DNA from: Nitrospinota bacterium
Lineage (GTDB): Bacteria; UBA8248
DNA length: 64,000 nt
Direction: 5' to 3'
Assembly: GCA_030754595.1 (NCBI GenBank)
Contig: JASLZZ010000079.1
Location: 1 to 64,000 of the forward strand
Shown one piece after another: positions 29,323 through 41,122 of the stretch. How positions within the stretch are numbered: position 1 is the first letter of the stretch; every line of letters begins with the position of its first letter. The position numbers and the translations under genes are program-made. The notes beneath the pieces are model-generated. The model ran no database searches. It saw nothing but the letters and a program-made list of their open reading frames with translations, and had not been told where the DNA came from.

Positions 29323-30225
29323 TTATCTCGCCTCTTTCACGGAACCGGGATTCACCTCTCCGCGCGCCAGGGCTTCGGCCATCCTGATTCCCTCGATGGC
29401 CTCGCGGACATCGTGTGTCCGGATGATATCCACTCCACCCAGTACGGCGAAGGCCTCGGCGACTTTCGAGCCAATCATGCGCTCTCTCGCCTCCGCGACG
29501 CCCGTCGCCTCGCCAATAAAGCGTTTTCTCGACACCCCGGCGACCAGGGGACGCCCCAGATGGTGAAACGGCGAAAGGTCCCGAAGTATTTCAAGATTAT
29601 GGTCCCAGCTTTTTCCGAAGCCGATTCCCGGATCGATCCAAACGCTGTCCACACCGTCCCGTTCGGCCATTGACGCCCTCTCACCGAGGAAGGCAGCCAC
29701 CTCGCGGACAACATCCTCGTATTCGGGGACCTCCTGCATTGTGCGCGGCTCGCCCTGCATGTGCATCACTATCGCCGCCGCGCCCGACCCGGCCGCCGCC
29801 CGCCTCATCTCCGGATCCCCGAATCCGCCGATGTCGTTCACGATATGCACCCCGGCCCGAAGCGCCTCAAGCGCCACCACCGCTTTTCGCGTATCGATCG
29901 AGACCAGGGGGCCCGCGCTCATGTCCACACGCTCCAGGATCGGCATCACACGGCGAAGCTCTTCGGTCTCGTCCACCTCCCCCGAACCGGGGCGCGTACT
30001 CTCGCCGCCGATGTCAATGATGTCGGCCCCCTCCTCGGTCATCCGGGCGATCATCTCGAGCGCCATGGCGGGTTCGATAAAACGACCGCCGTCCGAAAAG
30101 CTGTCCGGGGTTGCGTTGATGACACCCATCACCCGGGTGCGGGAGAAATCCAACCTCCTTCCCCGGCAGAGGGCCTCGGGGGGGATTTTTTTCTCGGCCG
30201 GCTCAAAGGACAGAATTTTTTTCAT
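29323..30225 (-). CDS. folP: Dihydropteroate synthase
   Basis: MGVINATPDSFSDGG, DIGGESTRPG, DPGIGFGK, SRKRF, RTHDV. Confidence 0.97.
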   Translation of the reverse strand: MKKILSFEPAEKKIPPEALCRGRRLDFSRTRVMGVINATPDSFSDGGRFIEPAMALEMIARMTEEGADIIDIGGESTRPGSGEVDETEELRRVMPILERVDMSAGPLVSIDTRKAVVALEALRAGVHIVNDIGGFGDPEMRRAAAGSGAAAIVMHMQGEPRTMQEVPEYEDVVREVAAFLGERASMAERDGVDSVWIDPGIGFGKSWDHNLEILRDLSPFHHLGRPLVAGVSRKRFIGEATGVAEARERMIGSKVAEAFAVLGGVDIIRTHDVREAIEGIRMAEALARGEVNPGSVKEAR

Positions 30226-31655
30226 CGGCCCATCTCCGGCGGAAACGGATGTCCCGCCTCCACGATTCGCTCCTCGCTCACCCAGCGCTTGCGAAACTCC
30301 CCGGCCAGGAAAAACGAGCCGGCCACGACAACGAGATCACCCTCGCCCGCCTCCGATAGCGCCGCCTCGAAGGCCCGCCAAGGATCGATGAACTCTCGAA
30401 TGTCCACAGCGCCGAATTGACGCAGGGCCCGTGCGAATTTTTGGGGCGATAGTCCCGAGCGCGGAGCGCTTCCGGGAGGGGTGGTCACGAAAAACCTATC
30501 CACTGGCCCGGCCAGTTCCTCGGCCAAACCCTCGTAGTTCTTATCCCCTACCGCTCCGAGAACGAAAAAGCGGCGATCCGCCGGAACGGCGCCGAGCGCC
30601 CCCATCAACGCGCGCATCTTATCGCGGTTATGGGCGCCATCGAGGATTACTAGCGGCTCGCCGGGCATCCGTTCAATCCGGCAGGGAAGACGAGCCTCCA
30701 AAAGACCCGACCGAATATCCGCCTCCCCGAGACCCAGCAGGCGGCAGGCCCCCGCCGCCACCGCTGCGTTCGCGGCCTGGTGGGCTCCGCTCATCCCGAC
30801 ACGGACATCCTTCCACCGCTCACCGCCGCTGAAGCGGAAATCCAGGCGGATTCCCGCCCCCTCGAATACCAATCCCGCCACTTCGGGAGGATGATGAAGA
30901 ATCGCCGAACGCTCGCGGGCGGTTTTCTCGACCTCGGCCCTGGCTCCCCGCGGAAGAGCGGCGGAGACGACGCGGCCTCTCGGCGTGATGATCCCCGCCT
31001 TGTCGCGAGCGATCTGCTCGATGGTATCGCCGAGCAAATCGGTGTGATCGATGCCGATCGAAGTGAGGACATCGAGGGCCGCCGGCGCCACCAAACAGGT
31101 GGCATCGAAGGTACCGCCCAGCCCGGCCTCAAGGACGACGGTGTCGCAACCCTCCTCCTCGGCCGCGAGAAGCAGGAGCGCAAGAGCGCTCTCGAAATAA
31201 GAAGGCGGCCCGATTGGCTCGCGGGCCATCGCCGCCGCCGCTTCGGCGATTCGGGACGCGGCCCGGCCCGCCGTCCGGGCACCGCACAATCCGCCCCGAA
31301 TCCAAAATCGCTCGGCCAGCGAAGTCACATGCGGCGAAAAAAACGCGGCTGTGGATCGCCCGGCCGCGTGAAGCGATTCGGCGATCATGAGAGCGGTCGA
31401 GCCCTTCCCGCTCGTTCCCGCCACATGAACGATGGAGCGATCTTGAAAGGAGATATCGAGCCACTCGATAAGCCGTTGCATCCGGCTCAGGCCGGGTCCC
31501 TCGACGCGGATGCAGCGCGCATTGACCCGGGGCCGCCAGCTTTTTTTGGGAAGCGCCGCCAGCGCGTTCAGGAAAATTTCGATTCGCCGGTAACTCTCCG
31601 CCGAAGAGGTCTCTTCCTGATCGAAGAATATCGTCGATAGCTCGGAGGGCCGCAT
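30222..31655 (-). CDS. folC: Folylpolyglutamate synthase/dihydrofolate synthase family protein
   Basis: [37 protein letters not shown]; adjacent to folP. Confidence 0.85.
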   Translation of the reverse strand: MRPSELSTIFFDQEETSSAESYRRIEIFLNALAALPKKSWRPRVNARCIRVEGPGLSRMQRLIEWLDISFQDRSIVHVAGTSGKGSTALMIAESLHAAGRSTAAFFSPHVTSLAERFWIRGGLCGARTAGRAASRIAEAAAAMAREPIGPPSYFESALALLLLAAEEEGCDTVVLEAGLGGTFDATCLVAPAALDVLTSIGIDHTDLLGDTIEQIARDKAGIITPRGRVVSAALPRGARAEVEKTARERSAILHHPPEVAGLVFEGAGIRLDFRFSGGERWKDVRVGMSGAHQAANAAVAAGACRLLGLGEADIRSGLLEARLPCRIERMPGEPLVILDGAHNRDKMRALMGALGAVPADRRFFVLGAVGDKNYEGLAEELAGPVDRFFVTTPPGSAPRSGLSPQKFARALRQFGAVDIREFIDPWRAFEAALSEAGEGDLVVVAGSFFLAGEFRKRWVSEERIVEAGHPFPPEMGR

Positions 31656-31656
31656 C

Positions 31657-33207
31657 TCAGTGGCGGAAATGCCGTCTGCCGGTGAAAACCATGGCGATGC
31701 CGTGTTCGGCGGCGGCTTCGATAACTTCATCGTCGCGCTTCGAGCCTCCCGGCTGAGCGATGGCCTTGACGCCGCGCTTGGCGGCCTCGTCCACCCCGTC
31801 CCGGAACGGGAAGAAGGCGTCCGATCCAAGGGCGCAACCCTCGAGCGGAAGCACGGCGTGGTCCGCCGCGATCCGTGAGGAGTCCACGCGGCTCATCTGG
31901 CCCGCGCCGATTCCGACGGTTCCGCCCTGATCCGCAAGGACGATTGCGTTGCTCTTTACGTGGCGCGAAACGGTCCAGGCGATGTGAAGGGCCTTTTCTT
32001 CGTCCGCCGTCGGTCCGCGCGGGGTGACCACCTTCCAGTCAAATTCCTCGGCCGACATGTGGTCGGGCTCCTGGACGAGAACACCGCCGGGGACGGCGCG
32101 AAAGTCGAGGCCCGCTCTCTTCTGGGAGGCAAGACCGGGCAGCCTGAGGATGCGCAGGTTTTTTTTCTTACGGAATATCGCGAGCGCGCCCTCGTCGAAC
32201 TCGGGCGCGATGACCGCCTCGACAAACAACTCGCGCATGGCTTCGGCCGCCGGCGCATCCACCCGGCAGTTGTAGCCAATAATGCTACCGAAGGCGGAGA
32301 CTGGATCGCAGGCCAGCCCGCGCTTATAGGCGTCGGCGGGGGTGTCCGCGATTCCAACGCCGCAAGGGTTCGTGTGCTTGAGGATGGCGCAGGCGGTACC
32401 GCCGAGGTCGGCGATCAGTTCGGCGGCGCCGGCCAGATCGAGAATGTTATTGTAGGAAAGCTCTTTTCCGCCCAGCACCTCGGCGTCCGCGATGGAGAGG
32501 CCACCCGCCGCGTCGGCACGATAGAAGGCCGCCTGCTGATGCGGGTTTTCGCCGTAGCGGAGGACCTGAATGCGCTCGAACTCAAGCGGCAAGCTTTCCG
32601 GAAAGGAATCGCCGCCGGCATCTTGATCGAGGTCGGCGAGGTAGGCATTGATCGCCGCGTCGTAGCGCGAAACGTACCCAAAAGCCTTTTGCGCGAGGCG
32701 CCGCCTGAGGTCGACGGCAACTTCCTGTCCCTTTGAAATTTGCGCGATTACGGCCGGGTAGTCATCCGGATCGACGAGGACGGTGACGCGCCCATGGTTT
32801 TTCGCCGACGACCGGACCATCGTCGGCCCTCCGATGTCGATTTGCTCGACCGCCTCGGCCGGCGTGACGCCGGGGCGAGCGACGGTCTCACGGAAGGGAT
32901 AAAAATTCACGGCAACGAGATCGATCGCCTCGATGCCGTTGGCTTTCATCTCATCGGCCTGATCGGGAAGACGGGCGAGGATACCGCCCAAAACCTTGGG
33001 ATGGAGGGTTTTCACCCGTCCGCCCAGAATTTCGGGCTGGCCGGTGTAGGCCGATACGTCCGTGATCGGTATCCCCTCGGCGCGGAGGGTCTTGCCCGTT
33101 CCGCCGGTTGAGAGAATCTCCCATCCCGCCTCGCTGAGAGACTTGCCCAGCTCTGCGGCCCCCCGCTTATCGCTGACACTGATGACCGCTCTTTTGGTTC
33201 CACTCAT
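31657..33207 (-). CDS. purH: Bifunctional AICAR formyltransferase/IMP cyclohydrolase
   Basis: [34 protein letters not shown]. Confidence 0.98.
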   Translation of the reverse strand: MSGTKRAVISVSDKRGAAELGKSLSEAGWEILSTGGTGKTLRAEGIPITDVSAYTGQPEILGGRVKTLHPKVLGGILARLPDQADEMKANGIEAIDLVAVNFYPFRETVARPGVTPAEAVEQIDIGGPTMVRSSAKNHGRVTVLVDPDDYPAVIAQISKGQEVAVDLRRRLAQKAFGYVSRYDAAINAYLADLDQDAGGDSFPESLPLEFERIQVLRYGENPHQQAAFYRADAAGGLSIADAEVLGGKELSYNNILDLAGAAELIADLGGTACAILKHTNPCGVGIADTPADAYKRGLACDPVSAFGSIIGYNCRVDAPAAEAMRELFVEAVIAPEFDEGALAIFRKKKNLRILRLPGLASQKRAGLDFRAVPGGVLVQEPDHMSAEEFDWKVVTPRGPTADEEKALHIAWTVSRHVKSNAIVLADQGGTVGIGAGQMSRVDSSRIAADHAVLPLEGCALGSDAFFPFRDGVDEAAKRGVKAIAQPGGSKRDDEVIEAAAEHGIAMVFTGRRHFRH

Positions 33208-33210
33208 TCC

Positions 33211-34467
33211 CTAGTTGTCCTCCCGCCACACTTCGTACCCTTCGGCGAGAAGCTTTTGAATCAGAGATTCGAGATGCTCGCGGCCACGGAGTTCCAGGTA
33301 GAGCGTGGAGACCGTATGATTGATGGGCACCGCCGTCGACATTCTATCGTGCTCGATATGAATGATATTCACTCTTTCGTCCGCCACAATTTTCGATAGG
33401 TTCATCAGCGAGCCCGGCACATCGTGCAGTACGACCTGAATCCGCGCATAGCGGTTCTGAAGCGCGAGGCCCTTTCCGATGATTCTCGAAAGCAGGTTCA
33501 CGTCCAGGTTTCCGCCGCTGACGAGAGCGACGACCTTCCCGTTCACACGGACGCGCCGATCGAGCAGGGCGGCCAGCGGGGCCGCGCCCGCCGCCTCGGC
33601 CAGCATCCGCTCGCGTTCGAGGAGGCTCAAAATCGCCCGCGCCATGTGATCGTCGTCGACGGTGACGACCTGATCCACGAGTTCCTTGATCAGCGGAAAA
33701 CACAACTCTCCCACCTGCTTGACGGCGATACCGTCCGCGATGGTCTTGATGTCCTGTGTGTTGACGATTTTCCCTGCCTTGAGGGACCGGGCCAACGAGG
33801 CCGCGCCCGAGGCCACTACCCCGATAACGCGGACATCGGGGCGCCGCTTTTTCACCACCGCCGCGAGACCGGCGATCAGCCCGCCGCCCCCGACGGAGAC
33901 GATGATGGTCCCGGCCTCGGGAACCTCGTCCAGGATCTCCAGGCCGACGGTGCCCTGGCCCGCGATGACATCGGGGTGATCGAAGGGGGGGATCATTGCC
34001 AGCCCCCGGTCGGACTCGATTTCCTTCGCCCGCTCGTAGGAATCGTCGAAGGTGGGGCCGTGGAGTTCGACCTCGGCGCCCAGCGCCCGCACCGCGTCGA
34101 GTTTGGTGTTGGGCGTGGACTCGGGCATGACGATCAGCGCCTTGATGTCCATCCGCCGGGCGGCTGAGGCGACGCCCTGGGCATGATTCCCGGCCGAGGC
34201 CGCGACGACGCCCCACCGGCGCTGCTGGGTGTTGAGCTTGCTGAGAGCATAACCCGCCCCGCGAACCTTGAACGAGCCCGTGCGCTGGAAATTCTCGGGC
34301 TTGAGGTAGATCTCGACGCCGAGTTGCTCGGAAAAATGATCGCTCAGGCGAGCCGGCGTCGGACGCAAGTGGGGGGCGAGAACCTCGGCGGCGGCTTCCG
34401 CCTCGGAGGCAACTTTATCCGCATCGAGCGGGCCCTGGTCTTCAGGGGTTGAATTCGCCAATTCCAT
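33211..34467 (-). CDS. ilvA: Threonine ammonia-lyase with C-terminal ACT domain
   Basis: TGSFKVRGA, ASAGNHAQG, VGGGGL, SGGN, DVPGSL ACT segment. Confidence 0.93.
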   Translation of the reverse strand: MELANSTPEDQGPLDADKVASEAEAAAEVLAPHLRPTPARLSDHFSEQLGVEIYLKPENFQRTGSFKVRGAGYALSKLNTQQRRWGVVAASAGNHAQGVASAARRMDIKALIVMPESTPNTKLDAVRALGAEVELHGPTFDDSYERAKEIESDRGLAMIPPFDHPDVIAGQGTVGLEILDEVPEAGTIIVSVGGGGLIAGLAAVVKKRRPDVRVIGVVASGAASLARSLKAGKIVNTQDIKTIADGIAVKQVGELCFPLIKELVDQVVTVDDDHMARAILSLLERERMLAEAAGAAPLAALLDRRVRVNGKVVALVSGGNLDVNLLSRIIGKGLALQNRYARIQVVLHDVPGSLMNLSKIVADERVNIIHIEHDRMSTAVPINHTVSTLYLELRGREHLESLIQKLLAEGYEVWREDN

Positions 34468-34499
34468 CCGTCACGCCTCGATCCGGGCAATAGGCCCGG

Positions 34500-35288
34500 T
34501 TATACGCCCTTGAACTCGGGCTGGCGCTTTTCTATGAAGGCGTGAACGCCCTCCTGGAAATCCTTGCTGTTGAATCCCTCATGCCGGAGCATGTCGGCCC
34601 GCGTGACGCCCTCGACACCCAGCGAGCCCGACTCGATAAGATTGATCATCTCCTTGGAGTTTTTGACCGAGATCGGCGCGTTGACCACAATCTTCCGGGC
34701 CACATCGCTTACGTAGGCGTCCAGCTCATTCTTGGGAATGACCCGGTTCACGAATCCCATCTCGCAGGCCTCGTGCGCGGAGTAGCGCCGAGCCGTCATC
34801 AATATTTCTTTGGTGTTCGCGGGGCCGATCAGGCGGATTATCCGCCGCGTGAGTATCTCAGGATATACCACACCGATCCGGGCCGCGGGAATGGCGAACA
34901 CGCCGTCCTCGGCCGCGTAGCGGAGATCACACATCGCCAGGAGTCCGAAGGCGCCACCCATCGCGAAGCCATGGACGAGAGCGATGACAGGCAACTCGAC
35001 CCGGTAGATTCGCCGCCATGCGTCCTCGACTATGCCGCTGTGGTGCTTCCACTCCTCGGGGGTCTCCATCTCGCGGAACTCGCGAATATCCTGGCCCGAG
35101 GCGAATGCCTCTTCTCCCGCCCCTCGGAGGATAACGACGCGGACCTCGCCGCCGTCCCGGAATTCCTCGAGGATTTCGGGCAGGCGCGCCCACATCGCCC
35201 GCGTCAGGGCGTTTCGCTGCGAAGGCCGGTTAATCGTAACCGTCGCGATTCCATCTTGAATATCGACCAGGAACGTATCGCCGCTCAT
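34500..35288 (-). CDS. Enoyl-CoA hydratase/isomerase family protein
   Basis: INRPSQRNAL, AFASGQDI, PVIALVHGFAMGG, EGVHAFIEKRQPEFKG. Confidence 0.92.
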   Translation of the reverse strand: MSGDTFLVDIQDGIATVTINRPSQRNALTRAMWARLPEILEEFRDGGEVRVVILRGAGEEAFASGQDIREFREMETPEEWKHHSGIVEDAWRRIYRVELPVIALVHGFAMGGAFGLLAMCDLRYAAEDGVFAIPAARIGVVYPEILTRRIIRLIGPANTKEILMTARRYSAHEACEMGFVNRVIPKNELDAYVSDVARKIVVNAPISVKNSKEMINLIESGSLGVEGVTRADMLRHEGFNSKDFQEGVHAFIEKRQPEFKGV

Positions 35289-35402
35289 CTAAAACTCTCC
35301 TGCTGCATATAAAATCCGGTTCAGGAAAGGAGCCCAACAGAGGAGGAATCATACCGCATTCCGCCCAAAGAGGGTCCCGCCGGAGAGCCTACATTTCGGA
35401 GT

Positions 35403-35778
35403 GAACCGGAGCGAGCCTGTAAGCCGGGTTCTGTTACCCGCCCGGGGGCGGGTCCGCGACCATCCATCTGGGACGAAGGTTGCCCTCCGCCTCATGCAGC
35501 CGACCCGGAGACATCGGGCGGGCCGCCCTCGAGCGTCTCCTTACTTGGCCTTGCTCCGGGTGGGGTTTACCAAGCCGGTCCGGTCACCCGGACCGCTGGT
35601 GCGCTCTTACCGCACCTTTTCACCCTTGCTCCGAACCGAGGTCCGGGGCGGTCTGTTTTCTGTGGCACTTTCCCTGGGGTCGCCCCCGGTGGACGTTATC
35701 CACCACCCTGCCCTGCGGAGCCCGGACTTTCCTCCCGCGGCGCAAGTCCGCGCGCGGCCGCGCAGCCCGCTCCGGTTC
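35403..35778 (-). ncRNA. rnpB: RNase P RNA (class A)
   Basis: Minus strand has GGAGGAAAGTCCGGGCTC, GGAAAGTGCCACAGAAA, GGTAAACCCCAC, AACAGAACCCGGCTTA; the ends pair (GAACCGGAGCG/CGCTCCGGTTC). Confidence 0.97.
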
Positions 35779-35804
35779 ATTATAAAATGTACTCCAAATC
35801 AGGG

Positions 35805-36227
35805 CTAAACGCCCGCCCGCTCGTCAATGGCCCGGTTCGCCGCTTCATCGGCGGCGGCGTTCCCGCCCCGCCGCACATGGCGGACCTCGACGCTCTCGAA
35901 AGCGCCGGCGATCTCCTTGGCCTCATCGAAGAGGGGCCTGAGGGTCTTGTTCTTCACCCGGTATTCGCCGTTCCACTGCTTCGCCAGGAGCTCAGAGTCG
36001 GTCACGATCTCCACGGTCCCTGCCCCGATCTCCTTGGCCCTCTTCAAGCCGAGGAGCAAGCCTCGGTATTCGGCGACATTGTTCGTCGCCTCGCCAAGAT
36101 ATTGAAGCACCTCGGCCACGCAAGCACCTGATCCGTCGTACAGCACCGCCGCCGCACCGGCGGGTCCGGGGTTGCCCCTCGCGGCGCCGTCGGTATGTAT
36201 CAGGAGATGTTCAGCTTGAGAGTTCAA
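35805..36227 (-). CDS. rnhA: Ribonuclease HI family protein
   Basis: TDGAARGNPGPAG, TNNVAEY, DSEL, N..AD..AN. Confidence 0.9.
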   Translation of the reverse strand: MNSQAEHLLIHTDGAARGNPGPAGAAAVLYDGSGACVAEVLQYLGEATNNVAEYRGLLLGLKRAKEIGAGTVEIVTDSELLAKQWNGEYRVKNKTLRPLFDEAKEIAGAFESVEVRHVRRGGNAAADEAANRAIDERAGV

Positions 36228-36973
36228 GCAGTTTCATCGGTCGGAACTACCGTGCCCACCGCCTCGGCCTCTTTGTAGTAGATGATCCGGCCGCAATTCG
36301 AGCACGAGGAAATTTCGTCCTTGGAGTCGCGGATTTCGAAAAACCGCTGTATCGTCTCGTCCATGCGGCAGCCCTGGCAGGTCCGGTCGATGATCGCAGC
36401 GACGGCCAAACCACCCATGTTCTTGTGAACCATGTTATAGCGAGCCTGCCAGTCAGAGGATATCTCGTCCCAAGTGCGCTGGCGCTCTCGCTGGTGTTTC
36501 TCGAGTTCGTGCTCAATCCCGGCCTGATGGTCTTCATGTTTTTTAATAACCATCCCGGCGGTGTTATTGGCGGATTCCAGCCCCTTTTTCGTTTCGGCCA
36601 CTTTCTCCCGAAGAGGCTCCACCGACTCCATGCACTCGAGAACCTGATCCTCGAACTCTGCAATCTTTCCTTGAAAGGATTCGATTTCTTGGGTCAGCGC
36701 CCGGTACTCCTCGTTGGTCTTGACGAGTGGCTGTTTCCCGCGTGACTCGCGCAGCTTCTCATCGGCCATCTGGATTTCGCCCTCGGTGTCGCGCTGGCGC
36801 TTTTGCATGGCCTCGACCGCGGTCTGGGTCGTTTCGAGATCTTCCTCGTATTCCTTGAGGTATTTTTTCTCCGCCTCGATTTGGGCGGGTATTTTCGAGA
36901 GTTCATTCTTGAGACGTGAGATCTGATTGTCAATCGATTGAAGGCGAACCAAAGCCTGCAACTCGGCCAGCAC
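36224..36973 (-). CDS. Coiled-coil C4-type zinc ribbon domain protein
   Basis: Long coiled coil then CQGC...CSNCGRI; start GTG 36973 with AAGGAG RBS. Confidence 0.88.
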   Translation of the reverse strand: MLAELQALVRLQSIDNQISRLKNELSKIPAQIEAEKKYLKEYEEDLETTQTAVEAMQKRQRDTEGEIQMADEKLRESRGKQPLVKTNEEYRALTQEIESFQGKIAEFEDQVLECMESVEPLREKVAETKKGLESANNTAGMVIKKHEDHQAGIEHELEKHQRERQRTWDEISSDWQARYNMVHKNMGGLAVAAIIDRTCQGCRMDETIQRFFEIRDSKDEISSCSNCGRIIYYKEAEAVGTVVPTDETA

Positions 36974-37014
36974 CGCAAACTCCTTCTTTGGGTTCCGCGT
37001 ACCGCTCAACTGAA

Positions 37015-37090
37015 TGGTGGGCCCACCAGGATTCGAACCTGGGACCAGCCGGTTATGAGCCGGCGGCTCTGACCGCTGAGCTATGGGCCC
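37015..37090 (-). tRNA. tRNA with CAT anticodon (probably tRNA-Ile2, lysidine type)
   Basis: GGGCCCA/TGGGCCC acceptor, CCGG-CTCATAA-CCGG arm, CCA end. Paired 1-72 excludes initiator; the position after rpoD favours Ile2. Confidence 0.9.
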
Positions 37091-37259
37091 CAGAATACGC
37101 TAGCCACAGGGCAAGGCGGAGCGACCTTCCCGCCCACGTTCAGCCCAAATCCGGCGACCAAGAACCCCGTTTATATCTCCTTCCCCGGCTTCAATGTCAA
37201 ATGCCGGCGTATCCAGGCTCCCCGGCCGCCCGCCCCCGGCCAAGTGCTCGGCCTTCGCC

Positions 37260-39167
<1,908 letters not shown>

Positions 39168-39235
39168 TTTCCGCTCCTTTGCTCGTTTGCCGAGGGGGAA
39201 TTCTCCTAAAGCAATTATTTAATCCTTGAAACGCA

Positions 39236-41122
39236 TCAGTGCTCGGACGAGGTTTTTTGCCGCTCGCGCAGGAGTGCGTTTTTCTCCTCCAGTAGCCGCC
39301 GCACCGCCGGGGAGTCATTCCCCTCGCTGCGGCTCACGTCTTCAATTTCCTTGATTAGTTTTTCCTCGCGTCTGCGGCGGACTTTCTCCTGAATCCGCGC
39401 CATGCAGTCGGAAAACTCGCCTTCCAAATCATCGGCCGGCGTTTCACCGGCGGCCAGATCCAGAACCAGTGCACGAGCCGATGGGTCCGTCAGCCGTTCG
39501 GCCAGCCCCGCGGGGTGAATGTCCTCTCCTCCCGCCTCGATAATCGCGGCTACGATCTCGCGGACCGCGGGATCGGCGAAAATCGAAGGATCGACCTCCG
39601 CGCCGCCTGCCAGATCGGGGCGAACCAACAGCATTCGCACGGCATCCACCTCAAGCCGGGGCCGATCCACACTTCTGCCAAGCAGGTCCGCCGCAGGTTC
39701 AACGCGGCAGGTGGGCTCTCTCGCCTCCTCGGCGAGCATCCGCCTCACGCTCTCGGCCAGCGCCGGGTAGGGAATCCCCAGCCGATCCTCAAGTAGCGAG
39801 AAATACTGGTCTCGAACACTCTGATGACTCGCGCCCAGCACCGGCATGAGATTCTGGACAGCTGAGAGTTTTTCCGACTGATCCGCCCCCGGAGCCACGC
39901 CTTCGATGGCCTTGCGCACCGTATGCTCAAGCAGCCCCTCGGCCTCGCCGAGCAGGCGGCGGACGGAATCGGCGCCGCCCGCCTTGAGCACATCATCCAC
40001 ATCCTGGCCCCTGGGAAGATCCATCACCTTCAGGCGAATGGCGCCCAGCCCTCTACGATCAATATAGTTCTCACGCAAAACTTCACCAGCCACGAGTTGA
40101 TCCGGCGCGCCAGCCAGGCCCAGTATTCTTCCCGCCATGCCTCCGGCGCGCTCCGAAGCCGCCTGGCCCGCCTGATCGGAATCGAACACGAATATTAACT
40201 CCTCGGCGTGAGCGCGGAGCGTCCGAAGGTGTTCGGCCGTGAGTGCCGTGCCGAGGGGCGCGACGGCGTTTTGAATCCCGCTCTGCCAGAGAGCGATAAC
40301 GTCGAAATAACCCTCGGTGACGACCGTCCGCTTCTCCGAGCGAATGGTCTCGCGCCCCTGAGAAAATCCGTAGAGCACCCGCCCCTTCCTGAACGCCGGC
40401 GTGTCGGGCGAGTTAATGTACTTGGCGGTCGCGTGACGGGCGTCGCTGTCCGGAAGAGAGCGGCCCCCGAAACCGACGATGGCGCCATCCGCTCCCAGAA
40501 TCGGGAACATCACCCGATCACGGAAACGGTCATAAAACCCCGAGCCGTCCTCGCGTTGGATAGCGAGCCCAGCCTCCACCATGTCCTGAGGCGAGTAACC
40601 CTTCTGGCGGGCCGCCTGGCAAAGCGCGTCCCATCGGGCCGGGGCGTAGCCAATCCGGAAGGCCTCCACGGCATCGGCCGAGATATCCCTCCTTTTAATA
40701 TAGGACAGCGCCCGGCTCCCTTCCCCGCCACGGAGGGAGACCCAATAGTAGCGGGCCGCGAAGAGATTCACCTCGTGAATCTTCTCCCGAACGCTGGGGG
40801 GCGACGTCTCGCCGTCCTCGGTCTCGTAGCGGGAAAGATCCACCCCCTGGCGGTTCGCCAGATTCTGGAGCGCCTCACGGAAATTCAGACCTTCGTGTTG
40901 CATGAGAAACTTGATCGCATCGCCCCCGACCCCGCAGCCGAAGCACTTGAAGATGCCCATACGGGGATTCACGTTGAACGAGGGTGTTTTCTCATCGTGG
41001 AATGGGCAGAGCGCCTTGAACGTGCTCCCGGCTTTGCGCAGGGGGATGTACTCGCCGATCACGTCCTCAATCGGCGACCCCTCGCGAAGCTGGTTCACCA
41101 CGTCATCGGGTACACGGCCCAT
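39236..41122 (-). CDS. dnaG: DNA primase
   Basis: CPFHDEKTPSF zinc finger, FRDRVMFPI, KYINSP, EGYFD, FDSDQAG TOPRIM. Confidence 0.97.
   Translation of the reverse strand: MGRVPDDVVNQLREGSPIEDVIGEYIPLRKAGSTFKALCPFHDEKTPSFNVNPRMGIFKCFGCGVGGDAIKFLMQHEGLNFREALQNLANRQGVDLSRYETEDGETSPPSVREKIHEVNLFAARYYWVSLRGGEGSRALSYIKRRDISADAVEAFRIGYAPARWDALCQAARQKGYSPQDMVEAGLAIQREDGSGFYDRFRDRVMFPILGADGAIVGFGGRSLPDSDARHATAKYINSPDTPAFRKGRVLYGFSQGRETIRSEKRTVVTEGYFDVIALWQSGIQNAVAPLGTALTAEHLRTLRAHAEELIFVFDSDQAGQAASERAGGMAGRILGLAGAPDQLVAGEVLRENYIDRRGLGAIRLKVMDLPRGQDVDDVLKAGGADSVRRLLGEAEGLLEHTVRKAIEGVAPGADQSEKLSAVQNLMPVLGASHQSVRDQYFSLLEDRLGIPYPALAESVRRMLAEEAREPTCRVEPAADLLGRSVDRPRLEVDAVRMLLVRPDLAGGAEVDPSIFADPAVREIVAAIIEAGGEDIHPAGLAERLTDPSARALVLDLAAGETPADDLEGEFSDCMARIQEKVRRRREEKLIKEIEDVSRSEGNDSPAVRRLLEEKNALLRERQKTSSEH

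Noticed and set aside
35401..35808. Plus-strand ORFs of 135 and 101 aa
   Set aside because: Antisense to RNase P RNA.
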